NCBI GenBank assembly: GCA_012295275.1
Contig: CM022679.1
Location: 744,001 to 808,000 of the forward strand
DNA length: 64,000 bases
Origin: Chrysomallon squamiferum
Taxonomy: Eukaryota; Animalia; Mollusca
Reading direction: 5' to 3'
Positions 14,732 through 29,459 of the stretch are shown here, piece after piece. A model generated the notes under the pieces. It was not told the DNA's origin and searched no databases. It saw only the letters and a list, made by a program, of their open reading frames with translations. Every line of letters begins with the position of its first letter. Positions within the stretch are counted from its first letter, which is position 1. A program made the position numbers and the translations under genes.

Positions 14732-17187
14732 GTCAATTCATTTCACCTGTTAAACCTCATACGTACTCAGTATGTCTGTATTTTTAATTTGTTTTTAATT
14801 TTATATGAGTGAACTAAAAGCTCACTTGTTGGATATTTGTACAACGAGTCTAAGTGGTGATAATTGCAGTTTCACTGACATTACTCTGGACAGTAGTCTT
14901 GTGTATTTAATGATGTGATTTATTCCTGGTTTCCTGGTAATTATTACTGTTCTTTGTTTGTTTCTTTTGCAGGCTGCGTCATTGTTAGTTTCATAACTAA
15001 CTGTTATTTACTGTCATTGATTGATAATCATTTCACGTTTTATATCTTAACAGAGAAATGTATTACCATTCATACTACTACTATTGCTGCTCCTACCACT
15101 ATTACTACTACAACTGTTACTACTACTACTACTACTACTCTATTATTATACTACTGCCTCTGCTACAACTGCTACTGCTACTACTATTACTGCTACTACT
15201 TCTACTGCTCGTATTGCTACTATCATAACAACAACTACTACTACTACTATCACAACAACTATTGTATCATTGCTATCATTACTACAACTACTATTGACTG
15301 CTACTACTGCCAATACCATTACTACAACAACCTCTACAAGAACGACCACCGTGCAGTAACGAGGCTATCACTGCTACTTGTAGCAATATTTTATTTGACA
15401 AAATAGATTCATCTGCATTTAAAATCAGAGAGCAGATTATTTCTCTGAGTTATAATTCAGCTAAAAGAAATTTCTTATCTTCAGAAACCCTGCATCTCCT
15501 CTCCTAGACTCGCGTCTGTTGTGTGTTTACTGATTTCAGTCTGATTAAACTTCTCTTCAGTTTGTTCCACCGTGTTTAGCTGGGCCTGATATAAACCTGG
15601 AATAACAACAAGCTTTTAACTGTGAGTGAAAATAGCATCCGGGAACATCCAAAACCGGACCATTAGCGAGAGAACAGGAAAACAAAACAAACGTATTGTT
15701 TCTGAAAACTCTATTTGCGTCTCTGCATTCTTTTCTCTCTATATTTATGCGATGTTTTTTTGTTTACAGATGAAGAATTTTTCTTAGTTACGTTAGACAA
15801 TACATGTTGTGTACTATTGATTACAGGAAGTAAGAATTAGCCGAGTGGTTAGAAACTCGTCTTACGCGTACTCAATCTTCTACTATGATGTTTTGTACAT
15901 GCGGGCTCAGTTATTTTCAGATATAAGCAATGTTTACTATTGATTTATTAAATTTTGTCTTATCTAATTTTCTGTCTAGGGGAAGGTATATTATAAAGGA
16001 TCTATTTCTGCTAAGTGACAAGTATGACTAAAATATATCAGAGCTGTGGTGTGTCACGTGACTGTACGACCGACATTCGATGAACAGGAAAAAAAATTGT
16101 TTAGATACATGCAAAAAGAAAAAAAATTAACCTTGTTTTATAAACCAGACTTGGAGTACTGGCTGTAACGGGAAACAGTGATACAGGCGCACCGCGGCTC
16201 TTCATCCAGCAAGACGAGTTAAACTGCAGTCGGGTCAGGAAGAGAAGTAATTTCGACAAATTGCCCGAGATCTGCGGAGAGAGAAATCTCGCTACATCTT
16301 CCCGCTGACTTTGATGTTTAAATCAGGAGTCGTCTTCGCTGTAAATAATCAATCGCTTTGGCGAGCCGCGCCGTTTCCACAACACAAACAAAACGAGCGA
16401 GCGTGACGGGCGAGGTAATTGGCGTGATCCGTGATCACGGCTTCAAAAAGAGCGAAAGGAAATTACGGGCATAAAAACTGACTGCAGTAATTTGTCGAGG
16501 AGGGAAAACTTTAGTGTACAAGGGCGGGTCCGAGCTGTTTCATAGAGGGGAGCGGACAGAGGTGTACTGGGGCAGAGAGCAGGGGATCCATTCTGTAGAA
16601 TTAATCATCACCCGTTCGTGAATAAATGTACATCAAAATGAGAATAAATAAATTTAGACGATATGTTTAAGAGCAAACCGCGACCGGTCACATTTGTCTT
16701 TTTTCACAAACCACTGCATTATCTGTCCTGGACTGCACCAGTAGTTCCAAATTTTAACTACTTAACTTGTGTACACTTCCAGTGGTTATAGAAACCACAC
16801 TTTGTTAATGATGAAGTATGAAAAGAACAGGAGAATGACAAATGCTATGTTTTGTACTCGAATCTTGACTGACACTTGACAAAATTTCTCCAGTGATTTA
16901 ATAGTTCTTCCATGTTTTATTTCAGATTCTGCTCACAGACTTGTCAATCCAGCAGTGTTGTCCATAATAAAGTTATTTATTTATTTATTTTGACTGACAG
17001 TAAATTCTGACAATAACAAATAACTCAAATGATTTTTTTTTTCTTCTTTAAACTGAAGCAGGAATCTGTGTCAGATTTATCAAATGGGTAAAAAGCAACA
17101 AACAGTGAAAAAAATGATCTTCTAGTGATGTCGTTAAATGAAAGAGGTTTTTAACTTTTAACTTTTAACTTTTTCATTTCCAGATCC

Positions 17188-17263
17188 ATGGTCGTCTAGG
17201 TGAATGAAAGTGAGTGGTTGCCTAGCGACCAGATGGAAACCGTCAGCGATTGGCCCAAAATGA
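17188..17263 (+). promoter_or_regulatory. Two upstream ORFs in the kinase coding exon (MVV* 17188-17199; 19-aa uORF 17204-17263)
   Basis: After the acceptor ttttcatttccag (exon starts 17184) come ATG GTC GTC TAG and then ATG AAA GTG ... CCA AAA TGA. The second uORF overlaps the in-frame ATG at 17233, and its TGA overlaps the in-frame ATG at 17260 (ATGA). Confidence 0.55.
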
Positions 17264-18290
17264 ACAAGGAGAAGAGTCCGCGAAGCAGCACGTCGGATAA
17301 CCTGCTTCAGCTAAATCTCAAAGAACACTACGAGATTTTACGAGAGTTGGGGCGAGGCACGTACGGCAAGGCGCTGCTGGGGAGGTGCCGCGAGACTGGA
17401 ACTAAAGTGTGTCTGAAAATCCTGCCCAAGTGCAGCACGAAGCTGCGCGACTTCCAGAGAGAGTTTAACTTCAGCTACTTCCTGTCGCCCCACCAAAACA
17501 TCGTCGACACGTACAACGTGGCTTTCGAGACGAGGACGTCGTACGTGTTCGCGCAGGAGTACGCGCCGCACGGCGACCTCTTCGACGCCATCCCGCCCCA
17601 GGTCGGCATGGCGGAGTCGCACGCCAAGTTCGTCATCAAGCAGATCGCGTCCGCGCTCGACTTCATGCACAGCAAGAAGCTCGTGCACCGCGACATCAAA
17701 CCGGAGAACGTGCTCGTCTTCGACACGGAGTTCACGAAGGTCAAGCTGATGGACTTCGGCATGACGCGCAAGGACGGAAACATGATTCGGAAGACGAGCG
17801 GAAGCATCCCGTACACGCCGCCGGAAATCTGCGAGGCGGTCCGAAACGAGAACATCATCGTGAGCACGAGCGGCGACGTGTGGGCGTTCGGCGTGCTGCT
17901 GTTCTGCATGCTCACCGGCAACTTCCCCTGGGAGAACGCCGACATCGGCGACGTGTACTTCAACGAGTTCGTTCTGTGGCAGCGGAGGAAACGACGAAGC
18001 AGCCTTCTCAGTGGAGGCGGTTCACGCCTCGCCTCATGCGATTCTTCCGCAAAGTGCTGGACATCAAGCCGGACAGGCGGTGTCAGGTGAAGGAGATCTA
18101 CAAATACGTCAACGACGACTGGACGTGTCCCAACAAAGCTGTTCCGGACAGCGACGAGGAGGAAGAACTGTCCTCCGATAATGACCGAATCGAGCACTTA
18201 ACGGCGTTGCTGGAGGATCATGGGATTGAAACAAAGATTGATAAGAGAATTCGAGAGAGACGGATTTCGGAGTGGTTGCTAGCGCTATGA
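17233..18290 (+). CDS. SBK1: Ser/Thr protein kinase, SBK1/meng-po (PKDC)-like, ~352 aa if a single-base deletion at ~17989-17991 is corrected
   Basis: It has GRGTYG, VCLK, HRDIKPEN, DFG, GSIPYTPPE and DVWAFG motifs plus the family-typical DFQREFNFSYFLSPH. The frame breaks at WQRRK and resumes in the -1 frame as TTKQPSQWRRFTPRLMRFFRKVL...RISEWLLAL*. One extra A in AGGAAACGACG joins the two frames. The ORF-track start at 17200 is a GTG; the first in-frame ATG is 17233, with an alternative at 17260. Confidence 0.9.
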
Positions 18291-18924
18291 CTAGACGTGG
18301 TGGAGAAGGTGACAATTCGGTGGACGTTGAGGTTAATACACGCCATCCTGGACATCAGTGTTAAATTGTTCTGGCCCACCGTTTACATTCTGATATGGAT
18401 GTTTATCATCGCGACTGTACACATTTGCACCAATCAACCATCAGTATTCTTGGTGTAACTGTTATTTTAAATTATTCAGACAAGGAGTAAGTTAAAAAAA
18501 AAAAAAATGAAATAAGTATAATAAATTGCTAATTGCATACTCATAGACGCACATACACGTGTGCGCGCACACACGGATATAAACGTAGAAGTATATCTGG
18601 CTTACATAAATACGTTTCGAACATAAATACGTTAAACATTTAGTAGAAATCCGTTCACGTGCTCACATTTAGATATGCCCACCCATATACATACTATTAC
18701 GTATAATATTAAAAACTTTCGATAAAAGGTTTGATATTATATAAATCATTGGCATTTACTAATTAAATTTTGTTAAAAACAGAATTCCAGAATGAGTTTA
18801 TAATAAGATTTACGGAAGATTAATTTTCGTCTTGTTACGGAATTCTGACAATAACAAATAAATTCAAATGAATTCTAAATTTACCGACACGGACCAATGA
18901 GGATGCAATGGGGCCAGATTCTAA

Positions 18925-18985
<61 letters not shown>

Positions 18986-20332
18986 CAAAATTTAAATAAA
19001 AATTAGGACTAAAACAAAAATAGAAAGAAATACGTTATTCATAAACATGGAATCATTTAGGCCTTAATATCTCGAGCGGTTACAGAATTTCAGGACAATG
19101 GGGAATTATGTGTGCGTTGCTTACGTAACTTTTATAACGAAACAGGAAAATATTACGGAAAAATGACGAATGACTTGAATCATGTTTCGCACCCCAGTTT
19201 CAAATTCTGTATCCGCGTATGAATATTAAGTGTCAGTCATTACGTATGTTGTCCTTAACGCAATAAGCATACCAGTCATCAAATATCCTTCCACTTGAAC
19301 GAATGAAAAAATAGTCCACATTCTATACGCTGTACTGTTTTGTGTTTAATTACCATGTTACTTAACGTTTCGTAAACTTCCATCCAAAAAGACTGTCCCC
19401 ATTTTCGTACACGCGTTTACTGAGGGTAAGAAATCGTATATTGTTACCCTTTGACTATTTCCATCCAACAGAGCTTATCCCAAATATACATTGTGTTTAC
19501 TGTACTGACATTTAACTGTTAATATTAACAATATTCGTATAAAGATCCCACATCAGGTGTTTAATGTTGCCGTTCATTTACATGTGAATAGGATTCACAG
19601 TACAGACTATCCAGCTGCTTATCCAGTGTTATATCCGTCTTTTATTTTCTTTTTTTTTTTTTTTTTTTTGTACAAGTCATTCAAAATGTCTTTTTTTTTT
19701 TATTCACGACTATTTCATATGTGTAAATAATGTGAATATCAAAAGTTGCTGATTTTTTTGTATATTTCCCGCAGGTGCAGTCAATAAACATTTTGTTATC
19801 ATTTTGATAAAGTGTGTTCAGAAAATTAAAATAATATTTATTTATTCGTAATGTAGATATGTGAATAAAATGAGTATACACGTTGGCTACTAGTCAAAAA
19901 AATAAAAATAAAAAATAAAAAATATAAAAATAAGTGCGAAGTAAAAAGAGGAATACGGTCAAGTTTTTTTCTTCTTTTTCATTCTTGAATGGACTGGAAG
20001 TGAGCCAAACTTTCAGTCTTAATTTTAAGCAGAGTAAGAGCTGGAATTAATGTTTCAACGATCCGAGAAAAAAGAAAAAAGAAAAAAAAACAGAAGACAA
20101 AATTCGGCCGAAGTTTGGCTATATCCATGTTTTGAATTACTACGTTATCAAATTAAAATGTTGAAAATAATCCACTTTTCGATTGTTTTTTCTTTTTTCT
20201 TAAAATAAAAGAGAAAGAACAAATTCAATAAAACAACATTTTTCTACAATCTTTTGTTTTCTGAAAACCCCTTTTTCTGAAGACTTTTGTTTTTGACAGA
20301 AATACAAAATGTCTTATAACTAAAGCTTGATT

Positions 20333-20376
<44 letters not shown>

Positions 20377-21955
20377 TAATAAATAAATAAATAATAAAAA
20401 TGAGGTCCAAAACTGAATTAAAATGGAAGACGGAGAGAATATTTGTTTTATAATGCAACAGCCAATATGAGAAAACCATTTTAAAGATAGCTGTTAGCAC
20501 TGAAACGAGGTTGATTTGTAATTTCCAACGAAAGTCGTTTTACTTCTGCGTTAGTGAATATAATAACCCGGTCACCTCAAAACTTACCAGCACAATTTAC
20601 CTACGTCGACTTCCGGTATTTTTTGTGTTTTTATGTTTGTTTTCATAGAAGAGTTAATTCCAAATTCAGGACTGAATTTAGCTCGGAAACTTCTTTTTCT
20701 TATTCTTTTCTTCTGCCCTTCCTTTCTTTGTCTCACCTAATTTCAGAACCACCTCTGATAAAATGCTCTTCATTATCGGAAATATTCGGAAACGCTCGGA
20801 AAGTTCCATAAACAAAACAAAAACAATAACAAGAAAACGAAATAATTTCTAGCTAAATGTAAATAGATATTGACTATGATAAAACAACTGAAAGTATTGA
20901 AAGTTAAATATTTTTTTTTTGCTTTTTTAATATTTCAAGTTTCAAAATAAATTACTTTAAAATTATACAAAATATAAAAACCATCGGTGTCTTGGAATGT
21001 TTTTTTTTTTTTTTTTTTTTCTCCCTGTCTATTAACAATTAATTTTCATATCTTTGTCTTGGACATTGGCAAATGCTTACAACAGTCTGTCTATGATGGG
21101 TGTGACTCAGTAGGTGATGTAGACGTTAATTTAACACACTGTTCACGTAAACTTGCAGTAGACGCTTTCTGGGTTTTTATTTTTTCTGAATGTTTTTCAT
21201 GCAAATTAATATTAAATACATATTAAATATGTACATCTGTTGTTTAAACACTTGTTTTACAATCACCTCATTGTTACCTGTTAATGTTTCATTTTAAATA
21301 TCATTTTAAATATTAAAACCGTCTGCATTAGCCTGTTCATACTTACAAAATCAAAACCTGTTTAGTTTTACTTTCCTGAAGGTTTAGCAACCAGTCTGAA
21401 CAGTTCTGTTAATCAAACTTAATCAATAATATATATATTTTTTATCTTTAATTAAGTCGGTTTAGACAAATACTCACATTTCAATATGAGACATTTTAAA
21501 CCATTTCAGTTAGACCCACCCCTAATTTGGATATTTACCTCAACTGACTTAATTGACTGGTTTCTAAGCGTTTAAGCGTAACATTACAAATTAGTTTAGT
21601 TAAAAGCTTTCGTTGAATCGCGTTATGACGTAAGCGACAGTGCTGTTAGTTAACACTAGAGACTGCAACGTTCTGTTTCCTTATTAAAAATAAGCAATAA
21701 TAACTTTGTGATAGTTTCTGTGTTGTTACTTTAGTGTGTTTACATCGTGTGTTGTTTGTGTTACGCAGTGTATAAATTATTATTACTATATAATCGTTTG
21801 TTAATGTGTCGATATTCTTGTATGTTGAATGATGAATAAATGCTAAATTCTTCTTGTATTTTGTTTTTCATTTCCTTGTGATTCCCGTACGTACTAATAT
21901 CATCATCATTATCGTCATAATCATCATCATCGTCACTGTTTTCTTCTTCTTCATC

Positions 21956-22090
<135 letters not shown>

Positions 22091-22384
22091 TTATTCTCAG
22101 CAGTTATTATTATTTATTATTATTATAATTATTATTATTATTATTATTATTAAAAAAATAAAAAAATTAAAATTCATTGTTATTCAGTTTTAATTGCCCC
22201 ACACAAAGTAGAAAAGATCACAAAACTAGAGTATACCATGGGAAGACATCAGATCTTGTATCTCACATTTACTCACGAAATTACTCATTTACTCACGTAG
22301 TTACTCATTTATTCGTGCTCACGACTGACAACTCGTCCTCTCACACATTCTGATAACACTTGATCCGTTAACCCCCCCGAGACA

Positions 22385-22416
<32 letters not shown>

Positions 22417-22464
22417 ACGCGAGCGTTCATTCATTATATATTTTTAATTTTAGTTTTATTTATA

Positions 22465-22580
<116 letters not shown>

Positions 22581-22910
22581 TTTTATTTTATTTTGTTTTA
22601 TTATTATTATTATTATTTTTTTATTCATTAAATTTCGCTAAATTAATTACATTAAGTGCCTAGTTATTATTTATTTAACATATATATATATTTTAATTAT
22701 TTTTGAAAACCCAGCATGTTTTACCTGTTCTGTTTGATAAAAATGTTTCCGGGGAGCCAAATTAATAATTAAAAAACTTACAACACACATTTCAGTTTGT
22801 TATCCAGTGAGCTCCACGTCACTATAACACAGGAACGGTAAATCAATTTTAGATTCATTTTCCGATCTTTATCTCTCACCTGCTACTGTTCTGACACAAA
22901 CGTGTGTGTG

Positions 22911-23000
<90 letters not shown>

Positions 23001-23850
23001 TGCAATATTTAACTGTAATTTATACTAGTCTTTATTTATTTGTAATAAACCGAAGAACTGTGTATTTAGTGAGAAACTTCCTCCAACTCACTTAAGGTAT
23101 ATTTATTTATTTATGCTATTTATTTATTTCATTTATTTTATTTTATTTTATTTTATTTTATTTTATTTTATTTTATTTTATTTATTTTATTTAATATTTA
23201 TGTAATGATGTCACCTCTTATCATTAAAAATCACACTTTATTGTTAGGAAAGATTGGCAGTCTGTGACAAGTCGTTGAAATAGGCCTTTAAAGGATGCCT
23301 TACTAGATAAAGAATTGCAAAGGAAGATTTTAGGACCTCCAGAAGTGAGAACATTTCGATGATGTACAGATTCTGGACCATACGATTTACAGTCCTAAGA
23401 TTAAAATTACACCGTAGTCATAACAACAGAAACAAAAAGGGGCACAACTCTTGCACCATACATGTGGATGAAAATAAATAAATAAATAAATAAATAAATG
23501 TTCATGTCGTTATGATTTATTTTCCTCCCCCCCCCCACCAACCATTTAGTGGTTTGTTGTATAGGTCGATAAGTAAGTTTGTAAGTTAGAATTCGACTTG
23601 ACATTCCGACATTTTATGTGTTTTCTCTCAGCACAGTTCGATCGTATATACAGTAAGTCGTTTAGTGAGAACGCAGCTTTAGCAAATAAAACAAATACCG
23701 GAATGAGGCTATAATAGTATAATGAAACAGATGTGGTTATCATTAGCAAACAGTATCCGAATTTTACTGATACAGCTTTTTAATATGTACCAAGCCATGT
23801 TCAGTCAACTTAGTTACTTGAAGATTAATGTATGTTAAAACATATGAAGG

Positions 23851-23919
<69 letters not shown>

Positions 23920-24111
23920 ACATCGCTATTAGTGTACAAGTTATTTAATATTAGTATTCTGTTTTTTTACAACATGGCCGTTATCTGTTTTGCATCAAGT
24001 CACGTGGCTAAGTTTTCAGAAGCTAAGTACAGACATCCAGACTTTGTCTTCTTTTTCTTCTTCTTCTTATTGTTGTTGTTCTTGTTGTTCTTGTTCCTCT
24101 TCTTCTTCTTC

Positions 24112-24163
<52 letters not shown>

Positions 24164-24243
24164 GTTATTATAATTATTATTATTGTTATTATTATCACTT
24201 ATCATGCTTCCATCAGAAAAAGTCTTGACTCTTTTATTAAATC

Positions 24244-24259
24244 AAACTAGATGGCGCTG
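24244..24259 (+). promoter_or_regulatory. CTCF-like motif (AACTAGATGGCGCTG)
   Basis: Matches the core of the CTCF consensus CCASYAGRKGGCRS at its 3' part. Motif match only. Confidence 0.3.
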
Positions 24260-25204
24260 GGGTTTTTTTATTACACTAAATGACCAACATGGCCGATCGA
24301 TATTGCAACCGAACGCCCTTCGCGTAGCAGGCTGTAGACCTACATGTGTTCATTTGTTTGCTCGAAGTATGTGGAGATATTTTCAGAAAGCGCTGATGTC
24401 ACTTCTTAAACTCCCACACCGTCTCTGACGACATGCACCAACGCGACGTCTGCGTCTTTCTGTGACCTCTAAAAGACGCATGCGCGAGGTAGAGGACAAG
24501 CAGTGAGCTGGTAATAAAGAAGTACTCTTAGAGAGAGTAGTTTATTGAACACGTAATTGATTTTATAATTTTATATGTATTAGTTGAATAAACAAACGCA
24601 AGTGCAGTATGGTAACTTAATAACACATCTATCACCGATGTTTATTTCACAGCTGACAATAATACCAGAAATGAAGCACTGTATTGACATTAATGAAATT
24701 CTAATTTTAATTAGTTTATGACGAAAGTATCATGGGAAAAAAAAAAAAAAAAAAAATTGTAACACCCTTATTTGTTTATTTATATGTTTGATTGATTGTT
24801 TGTTTGTTTGTTTGTTTATTTATTTATTTACATGTGTCTGTGTAATAACCGTTTTTCTTGTTCTTATAAGAGTTTTTATTACTTTTTGTTTCATATCTAT
24901 GTATGTATGTATCTATCTATCTATCTAATTATATTTCAGCTGTCTATCTATCTATCTGTCTACCTAATTATCTTTCAACTATCTGTCTATCTATGAATCT
25001 ACAGTTCTGTCTGTGTATCTATCTATTTATTTGACTGTCTATATGTCTGTCCGTCTATCTGTCTGACTATCTGTCTATCTATATATATGATGATAGCAAC
25101 CATGAACAAAAAAAATGCATAAATAAAACAGACAGGGAGAAGAAATTGAATAACATATCTTTTTTTCAGTTTTCTTTTTCTTTCTTTATTTATTTTTACT
25201 TCTT

Positions 25205-25260
<56 letters not shown>

Positions 25261-25371
25261 TATATGTAATATAATTTATTATCTACATTTCCAGTTTCAG
25301 CTTTATAATAAAGCTTTTTTTTAATTTCTTCTTTGAAATTTCTCTCACATGTGTCTGTCTGTCTGTCTGTC

Positions 25372-25407
<36 letters not shown>

Positions 25408-25805
25408 GATTACCTGTTTTATTTTTTATTGTTACTGTCTTCAAAAATTAAAATTAAATAAATTAAAGATGAAGAAAGCGTTCGCGCCATTCAGTGATGA
25501 CGTCACATCCGATCTACTTAACTCTTAAAATAAAGTTTCAGTACAGATAATAAATTAACTGTGTGCCGAGACCTCAATGTAAACTCGGAGGATTACAACG
25601 GCCAACAATACACTGATAATGCGGACTAAATGGATTTATTTTGACATATTTACTTAATTAAAAATCTCTGCTTACGTCCACATTTAGTCTATAATCAAGA
25701 GAATACTGATGCAGTAATACGTGGGCTTCTACAGCGGAATTGAACTAAGACATCAGGCGATCCGGTTGAGAAAAAAAACCTTTTTATTAATTTTTCTTTA
25801 ATGTT

Positions 25806-26005
25806 GTGCACGAATCCCGGACACACCAAACATCAATCATGTGTACATGGGATTCGAAGCTGGGCCGCCCCAAACGTTAATCATGTGAAAACTGCACATG
25901 ATCCGGTACAACCCGAACGTTAATCTTGTCTATATGCGTCGCGAACCCGGGACGACCCAAATGTTAATCAAGTCAATGTAATACACGAAAACCGAACATA
26001 TTACT
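25806..26005. repeat. Degenerate ~43-bp GC-richer minisatellite, 4-5 units
   Basis: The core AAYRTYAATCHWGT occurs at ~25828, 25872, 25915 and 25958, and each copy is preceded by a related CGAACCCGGGACGACCC-like segment. Confidence 0.75.
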
Positions 26006-26055
26006 AATTGAACGTAAACGTGACTTGAATGATTTCCCAGCGCAGGACACAGTAA

Positions 26056-26069
26056 CGCCCCCTAGCGGC
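26056..26069 (-). promoter_or_regulatory. CTCF-like motif (GCCGCTAGGGGGCG on minus strand)
   Basis: Close match to the CTCF consensus. Motif match only. Confidence 0.4.
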
Positions 26070-27868
26070 AATAAATAAACTGCCAATTCTAAAGAAACCT
26101 TATTACACCATCCTACGCACTTTAATACACGGCCAACAGATTTTTCTCACCAAACTCGTCATACGTCGCTTTTGTCGTGAAGCAAATAAGTTTTTCAGAA
26201 ACGAAAAAGCAAACAAAGCCTTGAAAGCAAGTCTGAGCTTTCTTATTTAAATAAAAATCACATTATTTTGTTATTAAAATATCGAAGCATGTATTGAAAG
26301 GACGAATAATAAAAATAATTGATTTAGTGAAAAAAAAAAAAAAAAAAATTAATAATAATAATAATGATAATAAAAGATAAAATATCAGGTTACTCTGATT
26401 TAGAAAATAACATAAATCAAAAATAATTTTCTTCTTTCTACTTTTTACAGACTTTTCAGGAACAGAGTAATTTATCATTTATAAAGTATTAAAAAATAAA
26501 TAAATAGATTTATAAAGTGATTCGAGGTTTTACAGAAGACTCTGCTTTACATACAACACTTTAATTATCTTTCGAGTTATATATGTATAGAAACTTTATA
26601 GAAATTTATATCTCTGTTTCTGCAGCACTATATAAAATATGAAATTACTTCTGTGAGTGCGTCTATATGCACGTGCAGTCTACGTACATGATTGCGTGTA
26701 TGTGTGCATTAAAAGAAGCTAATGAGCATTAGGGCCGTGTATTAGTGTGTTACCAAGAGCAACATATCAATGCCTATGTTATAATAATATGATCGGTTAT
26801 ATAAATGGTGAGGTATTAAGTATATATCCCTACTAACACTGTATTATAATGACAGAAATAGTATTTTCCATCCTCAAAAGCTTATCTCCTATCACGTGAT
26901 TAGGCGAGTCTCGATTGTCTAGGCCTCAGACGATCATGTTCTGAGTCTCGGATTGTCCACGACTGATTATAAACTTTCGATGGATTAAATACCAATTTTT
27001 GATGGCTGAAAGACAGAATGATCAACTGATTTCTGTTTATTGCTCTAGTTTCAAAGCTTGCATCATATAAAAGCAGAAAGAATAAAGCGATATACATATA
27101 TTTATTTATTTATTTATTTATTTACTTACTTATTTATTTGTATGCTGGTTGTAAATAATTCATAATTATTGTCTGGTCTTTGATGTATTTTAGGACGGGT
27201 TTTTTATACGTGATATGTAAATACAAATCAGACATTCTGAGTATTTCTAATGGCATCCTTTTATTGAAAATGATAGTCTAGTCATGTTTGAAGCGTGCTC
27301 TCATTCGGCGAATTTGTGTTGTAGTAGTCCATTATAAATCATTATAGTTTATTTATTTATTTATTTATTTTTGTGTTGTCATTTTTAATAATGATTGTTT
27401 TACATTTACAGGTCACGCCCTTAACACCAAACCTCCGACCAGTGCGTTGGAGGGAGAGGGATTTGGCGACCCCCCAAATACCGAACCCTGGACTGGTTAC
27501 TGTGCTGTTTTTGTAATCGATTAGTAAACGACTGCTTTTAACTTTCTTAGTAATAGGAAATATCGAACTTCTTCCTACGATGGCAGCACGCCAACAAAAG
27601 ATATACACACTGCAAATGTATTTTTATTTGTTAAAGGAAGTTTTCTGTTATCATGACACCGCGAATAGAGACAGCTTTAGACGATATGCAGAAATGCAAG
27701 ATGCAGTTAGAAAGAAAACAAAGTTTAATGAAAATTGTTATACGTTACTGAATGACGCAGCAGACGTCAGTTTTGACAAGAAATGAAATGGCGAAAAAGA
27801 AGGATTAAGTTTGAAAATGAATCAAGAAAAAGAAAAGCGATGCAATAAATAAAAATCAATATATCTAC

Positions 27869-27945
<77 letters not shown>

Positions 27946-28772
27946 CTTTTATACTAATTATTTATTTTCGTTATTTCCTTCTTTCTTCCTGTTTCCTTTC
28001 CTTTATTTCCCTTTTCGTAAAGTATGTTTCTTTAGTGCGAAGGAAGAAAAAAAAGAGAGATAAATATGGTTCAGGAAAAGAGAACAAGACAAAAAAAATA
28101 AAAAATATGTAGATCGTGGAAAAGAAAGAATTCGAACTTGAGATTTTGCAACAGCTGTGGCAACTCGGACGTCTGTATTGATTCACACTTAGTATTTCTG
28201 TTGGTACCTATAAAGAAAGAATAGCGCTGATAACAATCATCAGCTAAATAGATCAGACAATTTAGAACGGTTTTTTAACAACAGCCGCCTGCCAGCCTCC
28301 TGAGCAGGTTTCAGAGAAAGTATATCACCTTTCTCCCCCAAACCTAAATACGCAGTTCAGTCTGATTACCGTTACGTTGCGCAAACATCCAACAACTGTC
28401 TAACGTTCTCAGTGGCTGATAATGTTTAGTGCTAACGAAATGTTTTGCTGCATTGTTATGGTTTATTTTATCATCGCTTTTCCAGGCTAACGGGCAGATA
28501 ACTCTAATGTTAAAGGTATTCTTCAAGTAAAAAATTATTAATATTCCTTTAGGGGAATGGTTAAAAAAATAAAATAAATCTAAATAAAGTAATAATAATA
28601 ATAATAAATAAATACAAAACTGAAAGAAAGAAAATCAGAATTCTTCCTTTTATCTCTGTTTCATAATTTATTTTTCTCACGACTCAGTCATACTGTGTTT
28701 ATTTGTCTGTGTATATTCATATAGGTAAAATGTAGGTAAATTTAGAATACTGTAATTTTGTATGTATGTATG

Positions 28773-28804
<32 letters not shown>

Positions 28805-28932
28805 TGTATGTATGTATGTATGTATGTATGATTTCCAGATTTCCATATAATATTTTATACATAAATTTATATTTAATACTGATTAAACTTGTATTCAGTC
28901 TTTTGATATACCAATGCTAATTTTAGTTTGGA

Positions 28933-28993
<61 letters not shown>

Positions 28994-29380
28994 TATGATG
29001 ATGATGATGATGGCGATTATAAATAACTTCAATTTTATTATTATGTATCCAGGTTATAATTAAAAAAATAATAATTAAATAATAAAATTAAAAAAAATGG
29101 TCAGATTTTATCTTCACGAGATTTCGGTCGTTGAAAACACGCCTGTTTCTGATTTCGTCATTTAACTGTTATTTACAGCTGGTTGCTTGGACGTAATTGT
29201 AACTTTGAACAAAAATCTCAGTCAGGGACCACACACCTAGAAACATTTGTAATTCGTTAACTGTCGAGAGTTATCGCCCCTCGTTGCGTAAAGGTTATCC
29301 TTTATCACAGGTAGAGTTACGATAGAGAAAGAAGAAAAACAAGATTTAGGAAAATGAAATTCGAGAAAACATATATGGCA

Positions 29381-29459
<79 letters not shown>

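Noticed and set aside
17985-17995. Programmed -1 ribosomal frameshift in the kinase
   Set aside because: There is no canonical slippery heptamer, and a similar 1-nt loss occurs in HP1BP3. Assembly error is simpler. It is kept only as a point to verify.
17338-18315. Antisense ORFs of 116, 240 and 68 aa over the kinase
   Set aside because: They are shadows of a G/C-ending-codon-rich exon, which lacks antisense stops, and they carry no independent motifs.
23235-23465. Complex-sequence island among microsatellites
   Set aside because: It has short open frames only and no motif I can identify. It is possibly a transposon fragment, but I cannot support a call.
25806-26005. CRISPR-like pattern of conserved core plus variable spacer
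   Set aside because: The 'spacers' are themselves homologous, so this is a decayed minisatellite. The context is eukaryotic and there are no cas genes.
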